Source: a virus (lineage: Duplodnaviria > Heunggongvirae > Uroviricota > Caudoviricetes). Taken from it: a stretch of DNA of 64,000 nucleotides. Positions 44,556 to 56,139 of the stretch are shown here, one piece after another. Under the pieces are notes generated by a model, which saw nothing but the letters and a program-made list of their open reading frames with translations, was not told where the DNA came from and ran no database searches. The stretch's first letter is position 1. The number at the start of each line of letters is the position of its first letter. The stretch covers positions 247,248 through 311,247 of the IMG/VR virus record IMGVR_UViG_3300038345_000251, one strand, 5' to 3'. The translations under genes and the position numbers were made by a program.

Positions 44556-45034
44556 TAGTCAAAAAGTTTTAGCCATTTACCAAATTCATATCCAAATGAA
44601 GGAATCCTATCAGTAGGAATTTTACTTAACACAGAATTTACATAAAGTTCGTGTTCATCACCATAAAACTCTTCGTAAATATCCTTATTTTCTTTCAAGC
44701 CTGTTGCTTTTTGAATTAAATCATAAAGTGGCTGAAAATATTCAGACATATCTTCAACTTGATTAAATCCAACAACATCCATAGCAGAAAGAATCTGATA
44801 ATCCCAGAATGGTTCTTCACTAATATTGTTTTTCACTTGAAAACCATTCCCACTACAATAGAATTGATAAAAACCATTACTATCTTTGTTAGGAAGTTTA
44901 TAATCCCAACGTGCCAATTTACGGTTTCCAGATGGAAAATCCTTAACGAGCATACAGATAGTTATACCCTCTTCAGGGTATTCCTCAACACTAAAACCGT
45001 GTGCTTTAAACCATTGTTTATCTACTTTTTCCAT
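44555..45034 (-). CDS. hypothetical protein
   Basis: 159 aa ORF. Confidence 0.55.
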   Translation of the reverse strand: MEKVDKQWFKAHGFSVEEYPEEGITICMLVKDFPSGNRKLARWDYKLPNKDSNGFYQFYCSGNGFQVKNNISEEPFWDYQILSAMDVVGFNQVEDMSEYFQPLYDLIQKATGLKENKDIYEEFYGDEHELYVNSVLSKIPTDRIPSFGYEFGKWLKLFD

Positions 45035-45075
45035 ATCTTTTTTGGTTTGTTACAACATTAACAAAAAGTATGCCG

Positions 45076-45756
45076 TTAAAATTCAGTTCCTTTAATTTCT
45101 TTAATTTTCTTTTGAATTTGGAAAAAATTTAGTTCTTCAGGTAATGGCATAAGATATTTTCCAAAGGCTTTTTCCCACACAAATCTTTTTTTACGTTCAT
45201 AATATTCGTTCCTATCAATTTTACCTTCGTGAAAATCATTTAATATTGCGAAATAATTATCATTATCTTCTACTCTATAATTTTTTTGTTCGTAATCATA
45301 AATGTATAAATCAATATCATCAGTTGTTTCTGCAATTATTTCATATATTTTCTTTGCATCACCACCTGCCTCAAATTCACTATTACCGATTAATGTACTT
45401 GCAACTTTTTTACCTTTAAAATGTGCATTTACAAGTTCTAAACACGATTTAAGGGCATCATAATCCAAAGTATCAGGTTTTATAGAAGGATTATATCTAC
45501 CTTTAGTGATATAGCAAAGAACAAAAATTGGAAATCCTTGATTAACATAACTTGTAACAACTTGACAAGTACCTAATTTATTAACATCATCATAATTTGT
45601 TTCTTTGTTAACTTTGTCAATATCAGGAAAATTACGACAAATTTTATGCATAAATCCATTTCCCTTACTATTTTTAATAGATGCACCTATTAATATCACA
45701 TCATATTTCTTAACATCATCAACAAGGTCTGTACCGATAATAATTTCTTTTACCAT
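45076..45756 (-). CDS. macrodomain (ADP-ribose-binding) protein
   Basis: [37 protein letters not shown] pattern. Confidence 0.6.
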   Translation of the reverse strand: MVKEIIIGTDLVDDVKKYDVILIGASIKNSKGNGFMHKICRNFPDIDKVNKETNYDDVNKLGTCQVVTSYVNQGFPIFVLCYITKGRYNPSIKPDTLDYDALKSCLELVNAHFKGKKVASTLIGNSEFEAGGDAKKIYEIIAETTDDIDLYIYDYEQKNYRVEDNDNYFAILNDFHEGKIDRNEYYERKKRFVWEKAFGKYLMPLPEELNFFQIQKKIKEIKGTEF

Positions 45757-46793
45757 AGTTCTTTTAACTTTTTACGTTGTTCTTCACTAAATGTTTCAGG
45801 ATAAAGATATTTAAATGTAACAAAATAATCACCATATCCACCACTTGGGTCAATTTGTGTTATCTTTGGAATACCTTTACCGTTAAATTTTATTGTATAT
45901 CCATCTTTAATTATATTAGGTAATTTTACCTCTTTTTCAGTACCATCAATGAATTTTATATTTCGTTTTCCACCAAGAAGTGCTTCATTGAACTTAATGT
46001 ATTCAGTATGTTGTATATTAAACAAATCAGTTCTTCCTTCAGGTGCTTTTCTTTCAAAATATCCATCGTTTTCTATGATAAAGAGAATATTAACTTCACC
46101 CCTTTCTCCACCACCAGCAGGTTCATTACCAATATTTCCAAGGCTCATAGTTAGTCCACCAAACACACCTGGCGGAATTTGAATATTTTGGGTAATAGTT
46201 TTATCTTTTCTTCCTGTACCATTACAATGTTTACACTTGTTTTTTGGTACACCTTTACCTGTTCCATTACAATATTGGCAAGGTCTGATATTTCTAAATA
46301 TCATACTGCCATTAACTCTTTCATCAACGACAGTACCTGAACCACCACAATGTTCACATTTTGTTTCTTTACCATCTTCTGAACCTGTACCGTTACAATG
46401 GCTACAATTTTCTTTGACAGTAAATGAAATTGTTTTATTTGTACCTTTATACGCTTCTTGTAATGTAATTGTTACATTAACTATTATTGGTTCACCAACT
46501 CTAACAACATGCCTTGTTCTTCTGTTAAACATTTCAAAAGGGTCCATACCAACCCAATCATCCATTGATGGAGCAGGGTTATCATATTTTGCACGTTTAT
46601 CCTTATCAGACAGAACGTTATACGCTTCTGAAATTTCTTTAAATTTTTCTTCTGCTTCTTTTTGTTCTTTTTCTGATTTATCAACCCATTTATCAGGATG
46701 CCACTTAATACTAAGTTTATGATATGCTTTTTTTATATCATCTTCACTTGCATTTTTTGAAATACCTAATATGTCGTAATAATTTTTATCCAT
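45750..46793 (-). CDS. dnaJ: DnaJ chaperone
   Basis: J domain with HPD, four CxxCxGxG repeats, C-terminal domain. Confidence 0.93.
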   Translation of the reverse strand: MDKNYYDILGISKNASEDDIKKAYHKLSIKWHPDKWVDKSEKEQKEAEEKFKEISEAYNVLSDKDKRAKYDNPAPSMDDWVGMDPFEMFNRRTRHVVRVGEPIIVNVTITLQEAYKGTNKTISFTVKENCSHCNGTGSEDGKETKCEHCGGSGTVVDERVNGSMIFRNIRPCQYCNGTGKGVPKNKCKHCNGTGRKDKTITQNIQIPPGVFGGLTMSLGNIGNEPAGGGERGEVNILFIIENDGYFERKAPEGRTDLFNIQHTEYIKFNEALLGGKRNIKFIDGTEKEVKLPNIIKDGYTIKFNGKGIPKITQIDPSGGYGDYFVTFKYLYPETFSEEQRKKLKELW

Positions 46794-46899
46794 TTTATAT
46801 ATCTAATATACTTTTACAAAAATACAAAAATAATATTTAAATCTCAAAAACCTTATCTATTTTTTTGACTATTTATATAAGAATATAAAACAATTTCAT

Positions 46900-48909
46900 A
46901 TGCTTACATATCAAAATATTAAAAATAATAGTACACGAAGTATTGATGCTAGACTTTACAATGATGAATACTTTGATTTCATGCTTTATCGTGGAGAAGT
47001 TGTAGGACTTAATTGTGATATTGATAATAGTCTTATTGCTGACTTTTCTGATATGAGTATTGAAGATGGAATTCTTTATTCATCAAGACAATGGACAGGT
47101 GCAATAAATAATGGGATATTATTAGAAGATATTGGATTTACAGGTATTGATAATGGTTTGATTCACTTTGATAAAGATAAAATTTCAAATAGAGACTTCT
47201 TAAAAATTCTTACAGGAAGTACTTATGAAATTAATTCAGGTGAAACACGTTTATTCTTAACACCAATTACAGGTAATACACAAAACTTCTCATATCCTAT
47301 GTATTTAGAAGAAGAAGACGGTAAAAAATATATAGCATTTAAAGGTGGTTTTTATCAGGGATTTTATAAACTTTTTGGTTTTGACTACCAAGTACTTCCA
47401 AATGGACCAGATTTTGAATGGAATTTATCATTTACAATTAGACCAAGAGACTACGAAGTTGGTGTTGATACTGTTAATCATATTCATCCAGAAAATAAGG
47501 GTATTTTCTTCTTTATAGGTACACGTGCAGAAAATAAATTTGTTAATTTCTATAACACAGATGAAGAAACAATGGAAGAAATGAAAATCCCAAGTATCAA
47601 CAATGATGGATATTTAGACCCTTCAAATTGTGACCCTTCAGCAATTACATATAGTATTGAAAATCATATTGTTAACCCACAAGATTATACAATGGATATA
47701 GTTGAAAAGAAAGTTAATAGAGATTATTTTCCTCCTGAATACTTTGACAAAAACAGTACACAACCATGTAACTGCCATCCTGATAAACCTAAAAAGCCGA
47801 AAAAAAGAACAGTTTATCCTAAAGATGGTTGTGAATGTAATGTACACTCAATTCCAGAATATAATTGGCATGTATCTGATTTATACACATACAAATACGA
47901 TGAAGGTTCTGCCAACTGTTGTAGAGGGAAAAAATGTAAACCTTATGACCCATGTGAACCACATCCACTTCCTACATGTGATTGTGATAACACATACTTT
48001 GCAGACAATTATTTCCAAGATTTAGAGTGTAATCGTGGTAAAAAATATATGTCAGATGAATATCTTGTAAAAGATGTTAAAATTGATGAAAATAATATTA
48101 CTGATAGTTTAGGACATCTTTTCACTAAAAAAGGATATTATGAAATTACAACTGACAATAAATTTTTAATGTTCGATAGAACACCACTTGGTTTAACTGT
48201 ACGTGATTGGGTTGACGGAATGACAGTAACACTTACAGGTAGAAACGATTGGGGTAATATCAATTATTTCCCAATTATGAATAGAACAAAAACTGGTTAT
48301 ACAGTCAATGACATTTACAAATATCAAGAAGAGAATACAATTCCTTATAACATTTATAAAGATATTAAAAATAATGCTTTTGCATTAAAAGTTACTGATG
48401 ATGGCGCAATCGGATATAAATATGCTTATCTTGATTGCAAAGCAGATAATGACCAACATTATACTGTAAAAGAAGAATATTCAAAACCAGGATTAATCAA
48501 AAAAGATGAATGGAATAGTATTGTTGTAAAATTTGTTATTCTTAATCCAACCATTATACGTAGAAAAGATGGAACTATTTGTCCAGACCCAAATAAGGGA
48601 AAACGTAAGATGAGAATGTATTTTTATGTAAATGGTTATCTTGTTTTTATAAGCAAAGAACTTAACGAATTTAATTTCAGAGAATTAAATGATGTAAACT
48701 TAAAACAAGAAGCCGTTCCTTATAACATTTCACTTGGTGGAGGAACACAAGGTTTACTTGAAGCAATTTTACCTGATTATTATAAATTATCAGAATATGT
48801 ATTTCCAATTGAAAAAGATTTTTGCGGAACTTTTCTCGGTGATATAAAATCATTTAAAATTTATGACGGTCATCTTGATTGTATTACAATGAGAGACTTA
48901 AAAATATAA
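46900..48909 (+). CDS. probable virion structural protein
   Basis: 669 aa, late-type motif upstream, Cys-rich central insert. Confidence 0.5.
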   Translation: MLTYQNIKNNSTRSIDARLYNDEYFDFMLYRGEVVGLNCDIDNSLIADFSDMSIEDGILYSSRQWTGAINNGILLEDIGFTGIDNGLIHFDKDKISNRDFLKILTGSTYEINSGETRLFLTPITGNTQNFSYPMYLEEEDGKKYIAFKGGFYQGFYKLFGFDYQVLPNGPDFEWNLSFTIRPRDYEVGVDTVNHIHPENKGIFFFIGTRAENKFVNFYNTDEETMEEMKIPSINNDGYLDPSNCDPSAITYSIENHIVNPQDYTMDIVEKKVNRDYFPPEYFDKNSTQPCNCHPDKPKKPKKRTVYPKDGCECNVHSIPEYNWHVSDLYTYKYDEGSANCCRGKKCKPYDPCEPHPLPTCDCDNTYFADNYFQDLECNRGKKYMSDEYLVKDVKIDENNITDSLGHLFTKKGYYEITTDNKFLMFDRTPLGLTVRDWVDGMTVTLTGRNDWGNINYFPIMNRTKTGYTVNDIYKYQEENTIPYNIYKDIKNNAFALKVTDDGAIGYKYAYLDCKADNDQHYTVKEEYSKPGLIKKDEWNSIVVKFVILNPTIIRRKDGTICPDPNKGKRKMRMYFYVNGYLVFISKELNEFNFRELNDVNLKQEAVPYNISLGGGTQGLLEAILPDYYKLSEYVFPIEKDFCGTFLGDIKSFKIYDGHLDCITMRDLKI

Positions 48910-49005
48910 GAAAGTTTTGAAAGATAGTAAAGTATGTCAATATTTTAGGCTTTCTACAACTATTTATCTAAAAATAATGAAATAATAAAATTAATAAATA
49001 ATAAT

Positions 49006-51348
49006 ATGTCTAACGAAATAAAATGTAATAAGGGTGCTGTTGTAAAAGAAATCAATGGTGTTAAGTATTTCAAATTAGTTAGTAAATACCCAGGTGATTA
49101 CACAAAAAACTGTGGTTTGTTAGCAAATGAAATTGATGAGAACTTTTTCTTCCTTAGAAGTTACGACATTCAAAGTATGCACATTGATGAGGATAGAAAC
49201 CTTATCCTTACACGTGTAGATGGTGATAAACTTGTTGTAAATATTAGTGAAGAAGTCGGTTATCCTACTTTTGAATTTATTAAAGAAGAAGGTAAGATAA
49301 TTGTACATTATCCTGATGGTACAACTGACGTAATGGAAGGATTTCTTATCGAAGGACAAGACATCAGAGTTGCAACAGACTATACTATCAAAGGTGATGG
49401 TAGAATCTCAAACCCTCTTAGAATCAGTGAAGTAGAAAGAACAGGTACTTATGCACCTGCAAAAGAATTTATTGATTTAACTGTTGAAGGAAATAAATTA
49501 CCTGAAGACAAAGGAAAAGGTTATAGAGTTGTAACTAAAGAATATTTTACACCTTTTGGTTGCCTTTATGACTATTCTGGTGTTACAAAAATTCAAGAAG
49601 ACCTTGAAGGTAAACCTTGGAGAGTTCCATCAAGACAAGATTGGGCTGATTTACTTAATGCTGCTGAATGTCCTGAAGATAGAAATCACGGTGAAGTTGA
49701 TATTAATGAGTGGAAAGGTAAAGTAGCTGGTAAAAGATGTAAATCTACAACATCTTGGTCTGCATATACTAAAGAAGGTCAAGAAATGGAAGATTGGGTA
49801 AAAGGTATTGACAATTTACCATCTACAGGTAGTTTTGGAACATTTCACGTAATCCCTGTTGGTTATGCAGAAGGTAGTCGTGGTAATCTTAGTGGCGAAG
49901 GTGCAAGAGATAACTTCGATATTGAAGGACTTCATCTTCTTTCATCATTCTGGTCAATTACTCCAACTAATAGTAAATTAAAATCTGAAAACCCTAACAT
50001 TTATACCAGAACATTTGCATATGATAGTGCAGAAGTTCTTCAAGAATCTTCAAAACCAAGTTCAAAACTTTCACTTCGTCTTGTTAAAGACTTTAACTTT
50101 GACGATTTTAATGAATATGAAAATATTCTTGGTCACTATGTACCATGTGTTTTAATTTCTAATCCAGAATTAAAATATAGTAAAGTTTGGACAGCAATTA
50201 ACATTGGTTTTACTAATCCTAATTATGGTGGTGTAACATCAGATTCATGGAGTGGTTTAACAGGTGAAGATAGAGAAATTAAAGAAGTTTTCTTCATTAA
50301 CGAATGGAATGGCGAAGAATGGGTTAAAAAACAAATGAACCCTGGTGATTCAGTTGTTATTATTGACTATGATGGAGACCCTTCAACTTCAGGTGATACA
50401 TATCACGAATGGAGAGTATATGAATATGAAGATGGTACATCAGAACTTAAAGATACAGCAGAAGCACTTAAAGAAGAAATTCAAAAAGAACTTGATGAAA
50501 TTAATGATAAAATTGATGAATTAAGTGCCAAAACTGAAGAAATCGAAGACAAACTTGATGATGAAATTGCAAGAGCAATTTCAGCAGAAACAATGCTTGC
50601 AGAAGCAATTGATGCTGAAACTGAACGTGCAATCAGTGCTGAAACCATTCTTCAAGAAGAAATAGATGCACTTGACGAAAAACTTGATGCCGAAATTGAA
50701 CGTGCAATCAGTGCTGAAACCATTCTTCAAGAAGAAATAGATGCTGAGACTGAAAGAGCACAGTCAGCAGAAACTGTTCTTCAGGAAGAAATTGATAGTA
50801 TTACTGTTGAAAGTGCTGAAACACCAGATGAATATACATTAAAATCATATGCTGTTTATGTTAATGGTGAACAACGTGGAATAACCATTGATATTCCTAA
50901 AGATAAAAGCATTAAAGAAATTTCAACAGGATGGACAGGTGCAATAATTGACCCAGAAACAGGTGAATATACTTATGACCCAGAAACTGGTACAACAGAA
51001 GTAATAAGAATTATTTACCAAAAACAAGATGGTAAATTTGAACTTACTGAAGTTAATATTGAAGACTTTATAATGGAAAATGAATTTGCTGATGGTTTAT
51101 CAGCAGATACAAATGAACACGTTGTAAGAGTTCTTATTGACCCTGAATCAGATTCATTCTTAACAGTTAGTCCTACAGGTGTTTTACTTTCAGGTGTAAC
51201 TTCAGAGATTGAAAGACTTGACGGTAAAGACATTGATGTTGATGGACATGATTTAACTGTAACTGAAGGCCTTACTCTTAAAAGAGAAAATGGTGAAGAA
51301 ATTAAAGTAAATATTGATACAAACTTTGGGTTATTACCTAAATATTAA
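49006..51348 (+). CDS. virion/fibre protein with FISUMP (Fib_succ_major)-like domain and coiled coil
   Basis: WRVPSRQDWADL, GKxCKS..W, FWS..LSLRLVKD; ETERAxSAE repeats. Confidence 0.65.
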   Translation: MSNEIKCNKGAVVKEINGVKYFKLVSKYPGDYTKNCGLLANEIDENFFFLRSYDIQSMHIDEDRNLILTRVDGDKLVVNISEEVGYPTFEFIKEEGKIIVHYPDGTTDVMEGFLIEGQDIRVATDYTIKGDGRISNPLRISEVERTGTYAPAKEFIDLTVEGNKLPEDKGKGYRVVTKEYFTPFGCLYDYSGVTKIQEDLEGKPWRVPSRQDWADLLNAAECPEDRNHGEVDINEWKGKVAGKRCKSTTSWSAYTKEGQEMEDWVKGIDNLPSTGSFGTFHVIPVGYAEGSRGNLSGEGARDNFDIEGLHLLSSFWSITPTNSKLKSENPNIYTRTFAYDSAEVLQESSKPSSKLSLRLVKDFNFDDFNEYENILGHYVPCVLISNPELKYSKVWTAINIGFTNPNYGGVTSDSWSGLTGEDREIKEVFFINEWNGEEWVKKQMNPGDSVVIIDYDGDPSTSGDTYHEWRVYEYEDGTSELKDTAEALKEEIQKELDEINDKIDELSAKTEEIEDKLDDEIARAISAETMLAEAIDAETERAISAETILQEEIDALDEKLDAEIERAISAETILQEEIDAETERAQSAETVLQEEIDSITVESAETPDEYTLKSYAVYVNGEQRGITIDIPKDKSIKEISTGWTGAIIDPETGEYTYDPETGTTEVIRIIYQKQDGKFELTEVNIEDFIMENEFADGLSADTNEHVVRVLIDPESDSFLTVSPTGVLLSGVTSEIERLDGKDIDVDGHDLTVTEGLTLKRENGEEIKVNIDTNFGLLPKY

Positions 51349-51420
51349 TAATAGTTTTAATAAAATTTTTATTTTAGCAAAAAAGAATAATAAAAAAATA
51401 ATCCAAAAAAATTTAAAATA

Positions 51421-54400
51421 ATGAGTAGATTACAATTTAGACACTACGAAGGTGTATATGATACCAGAGAAGATGCATTAGTATATATTAGTAAACTTAC
51501 TAATCATGAACTTGCAACAAATCTTGGTGAATCACTTATCGGTGAACCTTTTACCGTAGCATATCTTGACGAAAATGGAGAAAAACAAGTTTTGTTATGC
51601 ATTGGTAAAGAAGGTAACGTTGGTGATGGTATACTTGAACCTTATCATATTATTGATTCTGCTAAACTTGCAGAAGATATTGAAGAAGTTTCAGGTGCAA
51701 CAGAAGGACTTAGAGAAGAATTAGAGGCTGAAATTGAACGTGCAAAAGCAGCTGAACAAGCACTTGATGAAAAAATTGATGCTGAAACTGAACGTGCACA
51801 GGCAGCAGAACAAGTACTTCAAGATAATATTGATGCTGAACAAGCAAGAGCAGAAGCAGCAGAACAAGCATTACAGAATGAACTTGATACAACACAAGCA
51901 GGTGCAGGTTTAAACGAAGATGGAACATATCATAGACACAACACACAAGGTGAATCAAACTATATTCACGAAGCAACATCCCTTGATGAAGCTGATATGG
52001 TTCTTGATAGAGAACTTGCAAGAATTGATGGCGAAGCACTTAGAAACATTATTGTTAACGATGTAACAGGTACTGTTAATGATAATATTGCCGAAGTTAC
52101 AATTGATGGTGAAGATATTAAGATTGGTGACTATGAAGAATATGATGGACGTGCAAATACTCCACACCCAATTCACGATGATTATACAGTTCTTGAATCT
52201 GTTAAACAATTAGATACCAACCTTATGGAGTTCATGTCAAGAGAACAAGAAGAAAGAGAAGGTATTCATTTAATTAAATTAACAGAAGAAGATGGTTTAC
52301 CAGCAAATGTTAGAGAAGCATATCAACTTGTAAATAAAGATGGTTTGCCAATGCCAAATACAGCAAGAGTTGATATTTACAAAGATAGTGCACTTAAAAA
52401 AGTTTATCTTGGACATACTGATGATAGACTTGAAGATTATACAAATCCAGAATCACTTGTAGAAGGTACAGGTGATACTGCACTTTGCTTCATTTATTTT
52501 ACAGTAGATGGTTTTTATCAACTTGTTCCTATTGATGTAGAAGAATTTCTTGAAGAAAGCGAATTTCTTGATGGTTTAAGAGTTGATAACCACAAAGTAT
52601 ATGTTAAAATTGACCAGGCTTCAGAACCATTCTTAACAGTTTCAGAAAATGGTGTTAAATTAAGTGGTGTACAAGACGCTATTGATGCTACAGTCAATAC
52701 TGAAACTGAACGTGCACAGGCAGCAGAACAGGCACTTCAAGATAATATTGATACTGAACAAGCAAGAGCAGAAGCAGCAGAACAAATACTTCAAGACAAT
52801 ATTGATGCTGAACAAGCAAGAGCAGAAGCAGCAGAACAAATACTTCAAGACAATATTGATGCAGTTATTGCTGGTGCAGGTTTGAACGAAGATGGTTCAC
52901 ATAAACAACATAATGTTGTACCAGATGATGTTGCTAATTATATTATGGGTTCACATTCACTTGATGAAGCCGATATGATTCTTGATAAGAAACTCTTCCA
53001 ACTTAGTGCTAAAACTGAAGCTGAAATTGCAAGACTTGATGAGGCAATTGATGATAATTCATCATTAATCAATGATTTGCAAGAAGAACTTGATAGAACA
53101 CAAGATGGAGCTGGTTTAGCAGCAGATGGTTCATATGAACCTATTCCAAGTGCTAATTATATTAACGAAGCAATATCACTTAAGGAAGCAGATTTAATTC
53201 TTGATAGAACAATCCATCAATTAAGTGCAGGTACTGTTACTGAACTTCAAACTCTTGACGAAAAAATTGAAGAAGAAATTGCAAGAGCAACTGAAAGAGA
53301 AGACCAAATCAGTGGTGATGTTACAACATTAGCAATTGCAGTAACAGAAGATATTGAAGAACTTTATAGTCAAATTACTAACGAAATTGATAGAGCAACC
53401 CAAGCAGAAAGTGCAATCAGTTCAGATATAAGAACACTTAGTGCATCTACTTTTGAACTTAGTGCTAATACTGAAAACAGAATTAGAGAAGAAAGAGAAC
53501 GTGCAATGGCTGCTGAAGACGAACTTCGTAATTCAATTAACGAAAATCGTGTTATTTCTCTTGATAATACAGTTAAAATTACACGTAATAGTTCTATAAA
53601 TGGTACTGATTTAGCAGTTAACATTGATGGTGCTACAATTGCAAAAGATAGTAATGGTGTTCTTGCAGCAAAACTTAAGATTCAAAAGTTAGCAACTCCT
53701 TCTTCAACAAATGTTAAAGAAGAATATGCATTAGTTGATAATAATGGTACATATCTTGGTGATACTGTTAAAGTTTACAAAGATAGTTCACTTGAAAGTG
53801 TTGAACTTGTAAACGTTGGCGGTAAAGAATATCTTAGATTCCATTACATTCTTGCTGATGGTTCAACAAGTCAGGTTGACCTTGATGTAAGTGCATTCCT
53901 TAGTGAAACTGAATTTAAAGATGGTTTGAAAGTTACTAATAGTAATGTATATGTTCTTATTGACCCTACTTCAGAATCATTCTTAACAGTAAGTTCTAAT
54001 GGTGTTAAATTAAGTGGTGTACAAAACGCTATTGATAGTGCAGTTAATACTGAAAAAGCAGCACGTGAAGCAGCGGACACAACACTTCAAACAAATATAA
54101 ACAATCTTAGAACAGATGCAACTAATTCAGCAACTACACTTTATAACGCATTAACTGCTGAAACTTATAATAGAGAAACTGCTGACAGTACACTTCAAAA
54201 TAATATTAATTCTGAACAGGATAGAGCAACTGCTGCTGAAAATCAACTTAGAAGTGATTTAAATACTGAAATAAACAATCGTTCAACAGCTGATACCGCA
54301 CTTAACAATGCAATTACTGCTGAAACACAAGCACGTAGCAATGCTGATACAGCACTTCAAAATAGTATTATTGATGAGGTAACAAGAGCAACAACAATTG

Positions 54401-56088
54401 AACAAGAACTTAGAAACTTGATTTCAAATGAAACGTTAGCAAGACAAAATGGTGATACTCAAAATACTAATGCTATTAATACTGAATCAACAAGAGCACA
54501 AGCAGCAGAATCTTCACTTCAAACATTAATTGATAATGAGGTAACAGATAGACAAACAGCAATTTCAGATGAAATAGCAAACCGTACTGCTGCTGATAAT
54601 CAACTTCAGTCAAACATTGATGATATGTATACTGCATATACTCATGCAATTACTGAAGAAAGTACAAGTAGAATTGATACTGATAATATGCTGTTATCAT
54701 TAATTCAAGGATTATCAGGTGCTACAGGTGAAACTTATCAAGCATTACAGCAAGAAATTATTAGAGCAACTAACGCTGAAACTTATATTAGTGGTAATGT
54801 AACAACTTTAAGTAGTTCTACTGTAGAAATTAATAACAATTTAACTGTTTTAAGTAGTACCACAAAAGAAATTCAGAGTGGATTAACACAACTTAGCGGT
54901 TCAGTTATTACTTTAAGTAGTACAACAAATACTATTAACAACAACTTAACAACATTAAGTGGTTCAGTTACAGCATTAAGTAGTACTACTGTAGAAATTA
55001 GAAATGATGTAACCGAACTTAGTGGCTCAGTTGTATCATTTAGTTCATCAACACATACTGAAATTACCGACATTAAAGAAAGACTTAATAATCTTTCAAG
55101 TAAGAGCGTTGCTGGTTCACAAGCAATTAAAGTTGCAGCAGGAACAGGTTCTAATAGTGGTGTAAGTACTGTTAGTTTGTTAATTAATGGTGCTGATAAA
55201 GTTCTTACCCAAGATGATTCAGGTTTACTTACTAACTTATCAATGGAATTAAGTAATGACAGTAAAACTCTTTATCTTAAAGGTAAAAATGGAACAACAA
55301 TTTCTACTATTGATACCACAAACTTTGTGAAAGATGGTATGCTTGATAGTGTAACATTCGATTCAAATACAAAGACACTTAAATTTGTCTTTAACACTGA
55401 TTCAGGACATGCACAAATTGATGTTCCACTTGGAAGTCTTGTTGACATTTATACAGTATCAGCTGGTTCAACAACTTACTTAGAAATCGAAAACTATAAA
55501 GTTGGTGCAAGAGTTGATGTTGATGGTGGTCTTGCAGGTTATACAAAACTTAGACAACTTAGTGGTGATGTTGTTACTTTAAGTGGCAATGTTGTTACTT
55601 TAAGTGGAACAGTTGTTAATATCCAGAGTGGTTTGACACAACTTAGTGGTACTGTTATTACTTTAAGTGGTAATGTAACTACTTTAAGTGGAAACTTAAT
55701 TACATTAAGTAGCACTACAAAAGAAATTCAGAGTGGTTTAACACAACTTAGTGGTACAGTATTAAGTATTCAAAGTGGTTTAACAGTTCTTAGTGGTGAT
55801 GTTACTAATCTTAGTGCACAAACAGTTAATAATACTGAAGAAATTAATAATCTTAAGCAACAAATATCTGCAATAACACAACAGGTATCTGCATTAACAC
55901 AAACTGTCAATAATATGGAATCTAATATTGAACAGTATCTTAATGACCATCTTTACGATGCAATTAAGGCAATGTTTAAGGGTACTACAGATGAAATCAA
56001 ACTCACAACTGATGATACTAATTCAACAATCACAATTGGATTTGATGACCCTGCACACTTCGGTAATGGTGATGGTTATAACGGATAA
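51421..56088 (+). CDS. long coiled-coil tail fibre-like protein
   Basis: 1555 aa; 18-aa AEQARAEAAEQ repeats, TxLSGxV heptads, duplicated modules. Confidence 0.7.
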   Translation: MSRLQFRHYEGVYDTREDALVYISKLTNHELATNLGESLIGEPFTVAYLDENGEKQVLLCIGKEGNVGDGILEPYHIIDSAKLAEDIEEVSGATEGLREELEAEIERAKAAEQALDEKIDAETERAQAAEQVLQDNIDAEQARAEAAEQALQNELDTTQAGAGLNEDGTYHRHNTQGESNYIHEATSLDEADMVLDRELARIDGEALRNIIVNDVTGTVNDNIAEVTIDGEDIKIGDYEEYDGRANTPHPIHDDYTVLESVKQLDTNLMEFMSREQEEREGIHLIKLTEEDGLPANVREAYQLVNKDGLPMPNTARVDIYKDSALKKVYLGHTDDRLEDYTNPESLVEGTGDTALCFIYFTVDGFYQLVPIDVEEFLEESEFLDGLRVDNHKVYVKIDQASEPFLTVSENGVKLSGVQDAIDATVNTETERAQAAEQALQDNIDTEQARAEAAEQILQDNIDAEQARAEAAEQILQDNIDAVIAGAGLNEDGSHKQHNVVPDDVANYIMGSHSLDEADMILDKKLFQLSAKTEAEIARLDEAIDDNSSLINDLQEELDRTQDGAGLAADGSYEPIPSANYINEAISLKEADLILDRTIHQLSAGTVTELQTLDEKIEEEIARATEREDQISGDVTTLAIAVTEDIEELYSQITNEIDRATQAESAISSDIRTLSASTFELSANTENRIREERERAMAAEDELRNSINENRVISLDNTVKITRNSSINGTDLAVNIDGATIAKDSNGVLAAKLKIQKLATPSSTNVKEEYALVDNNGTYLGDTVKVYKDSSLESVELVNVGGKEYLRFHYILADGSTSQVDLDVSAFLSETEFKDGLKVTNSNVYVLIDPTSESFLTVSSNGVKLSGVQNAIDSAVNTEKAAREAADTTLQTNINNLRTDATNSATTLYNALTAETYNRETADSTLQNNINSEQDRATAAENQLRSDLNTEINNRSTADTALNNAITAETQARSNADTALQNSIIDEVTRATTIEQELRNLISNETLARQNGDTQNTNAINTESTRAQAAESSLQTLIDNEVTDRQTAISDEIANRTAADNQLQSNIDDMYTAYTHAITEESTSRIDTDNMLLSLIQGLSGATGETYQALQQEIIRATNAETYISGNVTTLSSSTVEINNNLTVLSSTTKEIQSGLTQLSGSVITLSSTTNTINNNLTTLSGSVTALSSTTVEIRNDVTELSGSVVSFSSSTHTEITDIKERLNNLSSKSVAGSQAIKVAAGTGSNSGVSTVSLLINGADKVLTQDDSGLLTNLSMELSNDSKTLYLKGKNGTTISTIDTTNFVKDGMLDSVTFDSNTKTLKFVFNTDSGHAQIDVPLGSLVDIYTVSAGSTTYLEIENYKVGARVDVDGGLAGYTKLRQLSGDVVTLSGNVVTLSGTVVNIQSGLTQLSGTVITLSGNVTTLSGNLITLSSTTKEIQSGLTQLSGTVLSIQSGLTVLSGDVTNLSAQTVNNTEEINNLKQQISAITQQVSALTQTVNNMESNIEQYLNDHLYDAIKAMFKGTTDEIKLTTDDTNSTITIGFDDPAHFGNGDGYNG

Positions 56089-56107
56089 AAATTATTTTAA
56101 ACATGAT

Positions 56108-56136
56108 AAAAGGGGAAGTGTTTAACTTCCCCTTTT
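56108..56136. terminator. bidirectional intrinsic terminator
   Basis: AAAAGGGGAAG..CTTCCCCTTTT. Confidence 0.8.
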
Positions 56137-56139
56137 ATT

